Of a DNA stretch of 64,000 nucleotides, positions 53,463 through 64,000 are shown one piece after another. A model generated the notes under the pieces. It saw nothing but the letters and a program-made list of their open reading frames with translations. It was not told the DNA's origin and made no database searches. The position numbers and the translations under genes were made by a program. Within the stretch, counting starts at the first letter, position 1. Each line of letters begins with the position of its first letter. Source of the DNA: Catajapyx aquilonaris (Eukaryota); contig KZ538868.1 of assembly GCA_000934665.2 (NCBI GenBank), positions 1 through 64,000 of the forward strand. The letters run 5' to 3'.

Positions 53463-54757
53463 CTGCAGAAGAAAAACATGACTTGTAATTTTCACGCGGA
53501 ATCTGACCATCATCACCACACCATGTCGAGGTTTCAAAAGAAAAAAAAAGTGTGATCGCGAATGCAATTTACCAGCCAGAAGCATAGGGAAATTGGAGAG
53601 CGGTCCGCTCCGACTCAAATAATCCGTGGATGTCTTGATGTCCAACATGTTTCAAAACGTGGTTTGCGTGAAACCAAACCAGCACCACTCAGAGGCTGCT
53701 TGGGTTAGTCCTGCGACGACACTCGCGCATTGTCACCCCCCTTCAAATATGTACGTCTATCTCTCCCCTGCGTTCCTAACTAAAAGTTGGTCACTGTTCA
53801 CCGATCAGCACTGATGATGATTGTACACCTGAGGTGAGCAGCAGAGTTTTGTGGGCCAAATGGGGGTACATCGATCTGAACTCGGCTGAATCCTAGACGG
53901 GACAGGAGGCCAGGAGGCGCCGCGATTTGGGAGGCGCGGCCTCCTCGGGGCGGGGACACCCATCCGCCAATCCGGGGACGACCCTTTACTACTTGCACAC
54001 CTCGCCCCCCACCCAACCACCCACCCTCATCGCCCCCGGATTCCGACCCGGGGCAATGCGGCTTCCTCTTTTTTTTATATGCACTTGCTACTTGCCGATA
54101 CGCTGGGATTTTAATATCAATTATGGTGCATTACTCGGCCGCATTCTGTTAGGATGCTTTTGTTATAATTTAGGCATGTTTTGCGTTCACTGGTTCATCT
54201 CATTATTATCGGCTCGATTGATTTGCATATGCATTGGCCTAATCAAGTTAGATTTTTACTGAATAATGCGCGTGTTGGGAACAGTGAGAGCTTATCCTGG
54301 TAGTCAGGCTTCCCGGCGGACAAGAGAGCCGCATGGGTGTCCCTTAAGAGTCAGGATAAGACACCTATGCCTCTGCAGGTCTTTCATATCGGGAGACTCC
54401 GCATTGAAAGACAGTGTGTGTATCCGTCGGGAAGGAAAGTTAGGTCATGGGATATCTAGGTACAGCGTACCCCTACCTCTGCCACATTCGGTCTCCTGAT
54501 ATGAAAGTCTATCCCTAAATCGGACCTACACGTTATTATTCCGCTATACGCAACTTATGATCCAACTTCTTGCATAAATTTAAAATGAAAAATGTGATTT
54601 AGGCGACGGAAATTACTACAGGCCAAGGAATGAAGCAACTGTTTTCTTCATGTAACATTGATTTAATTGATTGGACATGCCGTTGAGTGTACGGAGCTCA
54701 CACTGTAGTGGATGATTTCCTGTTAGCAGTAAAGTTGATTCTGGTGGCTGCCCGCGA

Positions 54758-54800
54758 GGAAGGAAGGCAGGAAGGAAGGAAGGAAGGAAGGAAGGAAGGA
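54758..54800 (+). repeat. Interrupted GGAA microsatellite (2 + 7 units)
   Basis: Direct count. Confidence 0.93.
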
Positions 54801-56571
54801 TGGCAGGAAAGGGGGAGGAGAGGGAAGGAGAGAAGGGATATATAGGGGAAATGGGATCGGAGTGAGAAGTGACAGCCCCAGTCTGCTGGCGGAATAGATG
54901 AAGGGCAATGGAGTGACCCCCAGTCTCCCATCGGTGGGGGGCACCCCCCCTTTTATGTTCTTCACTGTATCTGTTCTCCTATGCTTCCCTCCCTCTCCCC
55001 TCCAAAAAAAAAGTTGCATGTCGCGTGGCTCTTGCGGATCGCTTTAGCAGTTCATCAAGTGCCATTGTGACCGCCTCGTGCTTCGTCCCGGATTCTCCCT
55101 TTGACCCACTCCCCCCCCCCTACCCCGCAGCAGCAACCCCCCATCGCCCCATCTCTTCTCACTATTCTTCCCCAACACTCCCGGTACACTCCAGTACAAC
55201 ATAGGACCACTTTTGGGAATTTACAAATAAGCACACCGTACTTGGCTGGTGCATATCATGTGCAGGGAGTGAATGGGCCATCCCGTGTTGTAGACTGCGT
55301 GTGAAACATTGGTTGTTAGTTTTTGGTAGGTGACTCACTCATATTCAAGCCTTCTCTCGGCTACCCGGGTCAGTTCACTATCTGGATGCAAAAATACTCT
55401 CAATGCCTATGCTAACAGTTGGGCATCTAATTAAATAGCACCCTGAAGTTAATAATTATGTGTTTCCATAAGTACGAGTATATATTGTCAGATTTTGATC
55501 GATTTTTTGGGGACTACTTGCATGAATAAAATTACTGATATTTTTCCTCCAACTAGGGGTGGCCAGAAAAGAGTCCTGAAAATTTTCGAAATGATGTGAA
55601 TATATATTTTTTTTACATTTTTTGCTTTGAACAACATAGTGCCCAGAAGGACATAACAAATATTTTTATCTCAGTGGTAGATCAACGAAGATCAGTGATG
55701 CAACAAGGCTGGATAAATGTTGTGTAGGATTTACAATGTGACCAATATATTTAAAACAAAAATTGGTGACCTGTACTATTTTGCACTATTTACTAGTCTT
55801 TTTGGTTCCCTTCTCATATATTACACCAACATCCGCATCTCTAGACCTGCTCGTACAATCTCCTTATTTCAAAAAATTGACATTGACATTTCGGTTATAA
55901 AGTTTCTGACAAGTTCTGTTACAGAGTTACACAAATTGCTACCAGCAACTGACTGCTTTTCATAACTATACTGAATGGCAAACTGAAAAAGCTATCAGGT
56001 TGAGTTAGTTATCTAGCAGTATGAAATTCAAACGAATGAGCAGCGGCTTTTACACAGGGGACCTTAACCCGACGTGATTTTTGCCCCAATGTGTACCAGG
56101 TGATGGGTGGGATTGGGGCAAAATTTGGGCAGCTCTGACCCCCCGCACTTGCACCGCCGCTTCGTTAGTCAAGGATACCACCGATACGGAACTTGTTCCC
56201 CTCTTCGCCCCCCACATCGCCTCCCCCCCAGCCAGCCCACCTCCGACCCTAATAGAGGGGGGTGCCCCCATAAGTCTGGCTGGGAGTTAATTCTTTTAAT
56301 ATGCTAATTCAGGAAATAATGGAGATGCTATCTGAAGAGGGGTGGGAGCGTAGGGGAGGGAGCGGGGGAGGGAGGGGGGAGGCAAGTATCTAACGATTAC
56401 AAGCTGAGCTGCTTATCGATGTCGATTCACAAGGGAATTTATTACCTTCCGCCGACATTTTTCAGACCCTCAAATCAATGTACCTTGTCGTTTTAAACAA
56501 AGCATACGAAATTAGCTGGACTTATTCCGGTAGAAAAAATAATCAGGAATTCAGTGGGGAAAGTCTAACTT

Positions 56572-56642
56572 TGCAGACTTGAGCCTGACATATACTGTAT
56601 AGGCCAGTGGCCTATACAGTATATGTCAGGCTCAAGTCTGCA
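56572..56642. repeat. Perfect 71-bp palindrome (35-bp arms, 1-nt centre)
   Basis: tgcagacttgagcctgacatatactgtataggcca-g-tggcctatacagtatatgtcaggctcaagtctgca. Confidence 0.97.
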
Positions 56643-58986
56643 GCAGAGTTTGCAGATCAGTCGGCGTGAAAGTGCAGCAGGCCAGGAAATGTGCATCCAC
56701 CAGAGACCTTTACTTGGGCGAAACCTGAGGATTTTACTTTGGCTTAACTGCGGTGGTGCAGTAGACTCTATTCAGATCGAGCGAGGTGACGGGGATTTGG
56801 AGAAAATGATTCCTCTGGGAACTGGCTCTTTTTAGTGGGGCATTCAAGGAGAAGTGCATATATAGAGATGGTGGGTGGAAGAAGGGTCGAGAAAATGTCT
56901 GGGGAGAATATTTCGATACAGAAACGACCCTCGACGATGGGGCTCATTTTATGGGGGCATAAATGGCTTCTTGGGTTGGAAGAGACGAGCAGATGCCAAA
57001 TGCAAGAGAGTCATCCATGTTGAATTGTACTATATATATTTTGAATATCTTTGAATGTCAATATTAGTTGAATACGAAAAAAATGTTTCCAGCCAGTAAG
57101 AAGTGACACTGCACAGAAAATACCCTTCTCCACCAGCCCGTTTTGAAAATGACTGAATGCTAGCTTCCAATCGATACATTTATCTGGCGCCGAAGGAGTT
57201 AGACCCAGTGTAAGTAGTGCCTTCCAAATAGTTGAGCCTCCGTATATACACCCAGCATCTATCCTTGAGGCACTTTTGGAGTGTGGGCGGCAGAGGCTGG
57301 GTTTTTGTGAGGTGTGTCAGGCGAATGCAGGCAGGGCTGGGAAATTACCCATAACTCGTTGTTCCGCAGCAATCTGCTGTCAGGAGTGGAAATGACTTTT
57401 CTTAGCGGCGTCTGTGCTCTGCCGCGAATTGAAAGGGCTTGGCGGTGGTATCACCCCCACTCAAGTGAGGTTGGGAGGAGGAGAGAGGGTGGGTGGGTGG
57501 GAAAATGGAGGGGGTGGTGAAAGAGGAAAGAGGAGGGAGGGGGTGGAGAGGAGGGGGGTAGGACCGGCCCGAAACCGGAAGTGTTGCCTGGGCAACCAGA
57601 ATCGATTTTGACAAGCTACACAGAAGGATTTTCGCCCCGGCTCCCGATTCTTATTTGCCCAGCGGCTGCATGCCTACCATCGGCCAAACTCCTTCTCTCA
57701 GAGGACTCCAAGAGGGAAAAGAAACGACGCGAAAAAAATGGAACAGACACCATAATAGCATAATCCATATAGCTACATGTCGGGAGTTGGCGAAGAAAAA
57801 CTGAAGGTGGTCATCCGGAGGTCAAGTACAGGATGTGTATATGCAACTTCTCAGCGGTTGGTTTATGGGTTTAGCTGCTAATTAATTAAACACCCTGCTG
57901 GGTCGGGGCCGAAACAAAACGTGAAGTGTTACGGTGCGTTGATGGAGAGGTGCGTGGCAGTCATGGCATCATGTGCAAAGTCTGCTTCTACACTATAGAG
58001 AAAGAGTCTTCCTGCTTTCCGTCCGCCCGGGAAGAGAAAATTTCCTCAATCCCTTAGTCGTGTGATTGCTGTCATTAGGCCGCCTCCAAATTGCATCAAT
58101 CAAGCCCCATTCAGAACCCTCTCCCTGATAGAGAAACCCCCTCTCTACCCCCCCCCCCCTTCTTACACCNACACCGGATACCAATTGGGTGCAAATCCCA
58201 CTTGGGTACTGTAGGCAACCATTGACCTGAAAAGGGTGCCTTCTGAGACTGCCACATTTTTCAGGGCAGGTTGACGTTTTTGTATAAGCTTATCCGTTGA
58301 AATGTGGTATTGTATGTAGCACTGGTGGGGATTGAGGTCCTCAAGAATTGATCCGGCTTCATCCCGAGTGGACTCTTGGCTGGCCCCTCAATCAATTCCC
58401 TGGGTTACGTGCCGGAAAATGACGGGGATCTGGGCACGTTATCCGTGTGTATAGCGTTTGCGTCTTGAATCCCAAAACGGGATGACCAATTGCGGGGGTC
58501 TGATTGGGGTACGCAGTATATGTGGGCATGATTTAATACGGGTTTGATTCTACTCATTCCATTTTGGAAATTGGTCACGCTCAGCCTGTGCACGGATCAT
58601 AAAGTTAGATTTGGGTCATGTGATGATTTCAGGGCATATTCACACACGTGCGGGAGATTACATGCACGATCAAGGTTTTATACGGAACACGACTCCTGAC
58701 ATATAAATAGAGCAGATGACGTCAACAATGCATGCAGAGGATATAAAATCCAACCATTTGTCGACCCCAATAATTCTGCATAAGAGGTGCGTTTTTCTTT
58801 CGCAAAATTTAGCGAGTGTGCAAAGAAGGAAGGGGAATTGGCACGTTTCACAAAATGAAAAGGAAATGTAGGTGGAAGGCGAGCCGGGCTTTTTTTTTTC
58901 TGCGTCACTTCGGGTTGCATGGGAGCGATAAAGAGCTGGTGTGGGCCAATCCGGAAAAAGGAGGAGGCGCAGACCCTTCTTGCCTT

Positions 58987-59038
58987 TTCCTTCCTTCCTT
59001 CCTTCCTTCCTTCCTTCCTTCCTTCCTTCCTTCCTTCC
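58987..59038 (-). repeat. (GGAA)13 microsatellite on the minus strand
   Basis: (TTCC)13 on the plus strand, followed by a short (GGAT)n run. Confidence 0.95.
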
Positions 59039-60616
59039 TTGGACGGATGGATGGATGGAAGGCCCTGTAATTCGGGCACCGCCCTTTCCTCCACCCCTTC
59101 GTATCCACTATCTACACTAAGGTCTGAATCTAAAGACGCAAGAGGTTCAATCATGCACCACCATTCTGAGAAAATAATAATTTTTTGCATGCTAGTTAAA
59201 CGTTGCTGAATTTACATCTGGCTCTTGGCCGCAACATTTATCACGTTGTAAATGAGAGACCAATCACTGTCATAACATATGGAAAGGTCAAACTTGCTCT
59301 TGCGATTAGATCAACCCTGCTATTTGGTGGGAACCATGAATGAGCGTGGACAGGAGTCGAGTACAGGGTGAGGTCCCACCGTGAGTCTCTGGGGGTATAG
59401 GGAGGGAAAAACCTGATGGGAGGTCATTGAGCACCGGCATATGTTGGGGGCCTCCCGTGGGAACTACTCGGCATCACTTCGGGGGGTCTACACACACACA
59501 CTGCCCGCACGCACCTCTCCCCCTGCCACCTATTAGCCTCCTCCTCTCCCTACCCAATCCCCCCCATCAGGTTTTCCCCTCTGCCCTGTCAACCGTGAAG
59601 TGGTGACCTCGCGCCGTTGATCCTTAATCATTTGCACCGCTTGTCCTCCCACTCGAAACGGATAAAAATGATGCAGGAATTGAAATAGTTGCTGCGAATA
59701 TATAATCATGACGTGTTTCCAGATTCCTCCCTCTTGCCAGCAGCACTAGGTCCCCATCATGGGTCTTTTGTTGAGTGAGGCATAGGAGAGGAAGGCAAGG
59801 GAGGCAGCAGAGGCAACGGAGCAGAGTCGTCTGTCTCTTTGGGGCTGCGCTTCCGCTCGGCTGAGCGCATCATCCGTCGTTATCATAACATTGAGCGATC
59901 CCATATTGTGACGCCCGCCGCGGGGAAATCGGCTCAAGAGGACGCCATCAGAGTCAATTCAAGCACGGACATCCACAGTGCAGTTTCGGGGGAAGAGGGG
60001 GCTCGGGTGGGTGGGCCAAAGGGAGGGAGGTTTTCCTTTGCTCTGCTGGACGCGTTTAATTTGCCTCGGGGGAAAATGTACTTTGCGTGATTTCATATCC
60101 AGTCACACACTTGGGTGTCACAAAAGTTCGTGTGAACGTTAGCACTAAAATGAAATATAGTGTGTGAGTGGTGAGTGGTGGGAAGCCAATTATGTCTCTA
60201 AAAATATAACATGAACTCGACATGTTATGCTAAAAATCTGAATTGAGGGGGTCGACGGCTACATTTTTTTTAGATAATCGAGAAAAAACGTTTCTAGCTC
60301 ATTACAGATAGGCCTATTGTACACTGGATTCTGAAACCACTTCATTTTATGAAGAAAAAAAAATTTGCAACCTTCGAGGAAACTTATTACCCAATTCAGA
60401 AAAGTAAGCGTCGCTTGGCATTAAATTATGATTTTATGAATTGCTCACAAAATACACCATATACACATTAAGCTGCCAGAATACACACACTCCATGTCGA
60501 TAGAAACATTTTTCGGAATGTAGCACGAATAGCACCACATTCCGTAAGTTCTGTGGTGCTCTACTCGCCAACATGATTCCTTAGCCTTTCGGATGATCAT
60601 TATATTCTGTCCTGCC

Positions 60617-60961
60617 GGGGAGGCGGAGTGGTGCTGCGGTAACGTACGCGCCCACGGATGTTAAGGTCCCGGGTTCGATCCCAACCCGGGGACACCCCCT
60701 TCATCTCGTGCAGAATTCAGGGTCATCTCCGGCTTCGTCTCGGGTGGTATTTCCAATAGACTAAACCACCCGGGGGAGTTCACTAAAAATGGGCACATTC
60801 AGACACTGCACTGCACCTTGCACATCCCCTCCTGTCATCCTGCCCGTGGGCCCGGGCGTTACGTATAAAGGCTCCAATGTACACGACATAATAAATAAAG
60901 GTCCGTGTTATATATACCTCTGATGAGGTCAGCACTACCTCGGATATTATTATTATATTAT
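60617..60961 (+). mobile_element. tRNA-headed SINE with (TAT)n tail
   Basis: A box gtggtgctgcgg and B box ggttcgatccc. 14-bp target-site duplication tattctg(t/a)cctgcc at 60603-60616 and 60962-60975. Head shared with 24753-25180. Confidence 0.88.
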
Positions 60962-61320
60962 TATTCTGACCTGCCAAAAAAAGCTGCAGAGCTATTAAAA
61001 TACTGTAGAGCATTATGTGCAATAAACTTGTGCAAGTTGTGGTATTTGCCAACTTGAAATGCATTTCATCTACGCAGGTGGTGGCAAGATGGAGCAGTGA
61101 CTTGCGCTAATTCTCTACCTCATAAAAAGTGAAACTCCACTGAATTGTAGTAAGTCGCTCTGCCCCACGCACATACACCTATACGGTTATGGCAGTAGAA
61201 GCGACTCACTTTGCATGCGGAATGGTAGTTTCCATCGAGGGGCCTATATGCCTGGTACAAATAAGAAACAAAGGAGAAAGTCCTCTTGCCATCCCCCCTT
61301 CTTCCCTCCCACCTCCTCCT

Positions 61321-61344
61321 TTCCTTCCTTCCTTCCTTCCTTCC
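61321..61344 (-). repeat. (GGAA)6 microsatellite on the minus strand
   Basis: (TTCC)6 on the plus strand. Confidence 0.9.
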
Positions 61345-63374
61345 TTCTTCCCTCCCCCCTCTCTTCATCCTTCCCCGAAGAGGACCAATTAGCTCTTTCC
61401 TGTGTCTTTGTGCGCTTCCGGTTGCCTCCTTCCCGTCACGCCTGTAATTAGACCCAATTGTACTTCGCCAAGAGGGACAAAGGCCAGGCTCGCAAAAGGG
61501 GCCTGACGTCATCGTCTTCTCCCTCCCCCCCCCCTCTCCCTCCTCCACCCCCGCCTGCTTTATAAATGACTGCCGAGGGCATTGTTGAAGCAAGAAAACG
61601 GAAGGGGAGAATGCAGGGCACTGGGGCTAACGGACTTGCACCCACTCAAGACGTTGCTGCCATTATGAGACACTGCAATTAAGGGCCCGTTGCATCAACA
61701 CAAATTAAGGGCAAATCTACAATCACATAATTATTCAAAACATACTTTGATCCGATACAAGAGGGGCTAACTGTAATTGAAAGTAGAGCATGTTGGGCAA
61801 TAATAGCAGAGTGGTCCAATTCAGGACGCAGTAAATTGTGGACGCCAATCAAGCGTGATAACGTGCATTAGAAGCGGCGGTTGACGACATTCAGTAGCTA
61901 ACAATCGGTGCTTATTACCATGGTAAATGAGTAAGAGAGCAGTGTCCCTCCTCTTTATTTCCTTCCCCCGCTCAGCTCAGTATCTGTTTCCGGATTTTAA
62001 CTTGGAACAGTATAGGACACGGATTTGCAGATAGTAGTGAATAGGGGAGTGATGAAGCTCAGAAGGGGTGATTGCTTATGGGGGGGCCTGACTCCCAGTA
62101 TATGTCCATGGCAGGGGGGAATAACTATCTATTAGTACAGTATTATATCTGGCGAGGGTCGCATGACTTAAATTTTCACCTCGACGTGAATCCACGCCCC
62201 CCTTGACATCAGACCGATTGGAGTCTCTCCCTCCCTCGTTCGTATCTGATAATGCATCTGTATACATATGCATTTGTAAGCGGAGAAGTCAGAGGGTGGA
62301 GGGGGGAGCAATCGATGGCCACGTGACAGGCCTGCAAATTGCATTCGGCTAGGGCAATAATCCTCGGAAGGAAAGTTGTCATAAATGGAGAGGGGCAGGG
62401 CGACAATGGTGCGGTTGTGCAGAGGTGTAACCTGAGATTGGCGAAATAAAATGGCGGGGTTTGGTGTCTGCAGCTGTATGTGTATATAGGCGGCGCTTCC
62501 CTGGCGCCAGGGGCCAACTTAAGCCACTCCATCTCCATCTCCTCACTTACTTATTGATTCGCTGTTTTCAGCGCAGATTACAAGCAGCATGGGATGGGGG
62601 GATTGTTGCTTGCGCCTCCCGAGGTGCTCACCCTCCCACCGTAATTCACGGTCTCTGTACTTATTTTACTGGTATTAGACTTACTGCCGTAGTGGCAGTG
62701 CATTGCTTTCATATTCAGAATTACCAAAAACTAAGCTCGAGTATTACGGTACGATGGTTGATCATTGTACAATCACGGTTATGAGGGATGTGAAAGTGGC
62801 TTTGGAGTAAGAAACGTGGTATCTGCTCTCGGTTTTCCCCTTGCATGTATGCAATGTGTAAGTCAGAGGAGGCTTGTAACTTGAGTAGGAGCCAGGATAA
62901 AAGGAGAGGTGTTTTCTTGATTGTGTGATGTAAAAGTTAGAGAGGTCCGTTGTATTGCTACGAGAGAGCGCAATTATCAGAAAAGTAGTGACTGTGCCTC
63001 CATTTTTATATTTAAACCACGTTATTTATCACTATTCTGGCAATAATGCAATTAGAGCGAATTAACATGGGATCGTTTAGGACCAGTGACAAAAATAGCT
63101 GTTTATCGACAATATTGAACTATTGATGCCTTAACAGTAGAGTTTTCCCATAATACACGCAGTTGTAGGCTAAATACTGTATTGTGATAAGAAGAAAATT
63201 GAAGTAAAGTTATAAACTTTTTTGAATATAATATTTTTAAATACCAGTATACGTAAATCATATTGGGAAATAAGTTTGACGAAAATTGTGACTATGACAT
63301 TTAAAATCCATATAATGGATAAAATTAATGTTAATATGTTTGCGTGTGTATATTTCGCAATTGGTTACCACATT

Positions 63375-63828
63375 TATTATTTATTTATTTGCTAACTCAT
63401 GCTGGAGTCATTGGCTCCCTTATAGGGGGGGTGGAATACCACAATTTTTCATACGCATTTTCTGTCGCATTTTTCTCTCCTGTGCAGGGATCAGGATGGG
63501 GATTTGTGAGGAGGGGACACTGTGCACTGGTGCAAGTGCGTTGTCTTTATGTTGGGGGTCGTGTGCAGTCCCCCAGGGGGTCAGGTTGCAAGACAATCCC
63601 CTAGGTGTGGGTCAGAAATCCCCACAGACACCGCACCTCCCCATGGATGGGTCAAGGATAGGAAAGGAAGGGGACGGCTTGTTACCTATTATTTACGGAA
63701 GCGATCCCGGAATTTTCCTGGGAGGACCGTGGGAAACCACAGTCCACAGATAACCACGGTCAGGACTCGAACCCAGGACCTCCTGATTAGCAGTCGGACG
63801 CCTTATCCACTCCACCAACCTGCTCCGG
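63375..63828 (-). mobile_element. Second tRNA-headed SINE family with (TAAA)n tail
   Basis: Head tggtggagtggataaggcgtccgactgctaatcaggaggtcctgggttcgagtcc. Perfect 14-bp target-site duplication ttggttaccacatt at 63361-63374 and 63829-63842. Confidence 0.88.
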
Positions 63829-64000
63829 TTGGTTACCACATTAAACGCATATTGTTTATTTTAAGGAAATAAGGTTTCATCAATAAGCGTCATGCGTATT
63901 TTACTATTCTCTTCCTATTACGCACAGGGTACATTTGAAATTATCCAGGTTTTAGATGGACAGAGTTTTCAGTTCAAGTTTATATGGGTTTCTTTGTTGT

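Noticed and set aside
60895..60950. Hammerhead-like CTGATGAG core in the SINE tail
   Set aside because: A small stem follows, but the required GAAA is absent (ggata) and no convincing stem III or cleavage triplet is present.
44322..62784. Many 60-206 aa ORFs in this region (for example 46669-47250, 50547-51095, 52448-53068)
   Set aside because: Low-complexity translations of GC-rich or microsatellite DNA with no recognisable domains or consistent splice structure.
63755..63828. tRNA-like sequence with a GCT anticodon-like loop
   Set aside because: Poor acceptor stem and no long variable arm; it continues into a SINE body and tail bounded by a 14-bp duplication, so it is a SINE head.
53463..64000. 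Further 5' exons of the ETS gene (for example a PNT domain)
   Set aside because: No phase-compatible exon with recognisable similarity was found by eye; probably beyond the window.

Overview
Eukaryotic, most likely arthropod, genomic DNA with GT-AG spliced genes and two small N gaps. Five protein-coding genes can be reconstructed with frame-consistent splice sites: (1) an InaF-motif membrane protein (-, 3116-3703); (2) sorting nexin 16 (-, 7757 to about 10148); (3) a small transmembrane Sel1-like-repeat protein (+, 11116-13162), head-to-head with SNX16; (4) UDP-glucose 6-dehydrogenase (+, 15431-26503, 5 coding exons, 482 aa); (5) the 3' part of an ERG/FLI-class ETS gene (Ets65A-like, -, 33715-53462, including three 48-72 bp exons; the 5' exons were not found). 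Introns and intergenic DNA hold two fold-back Tc1/mariner derivatives, several MITEs, LINE fragments and three tRNA-headed SINEs with target-site duplications that share modules mosaically. In and upstream of the ETS gene lie five GGAA arrays, clustered ETS sites and a perfect 71-bp palindrome. I see no clearly new multi-gene system. The findings are hypotheses from reading the sequence by eye, without database searches.
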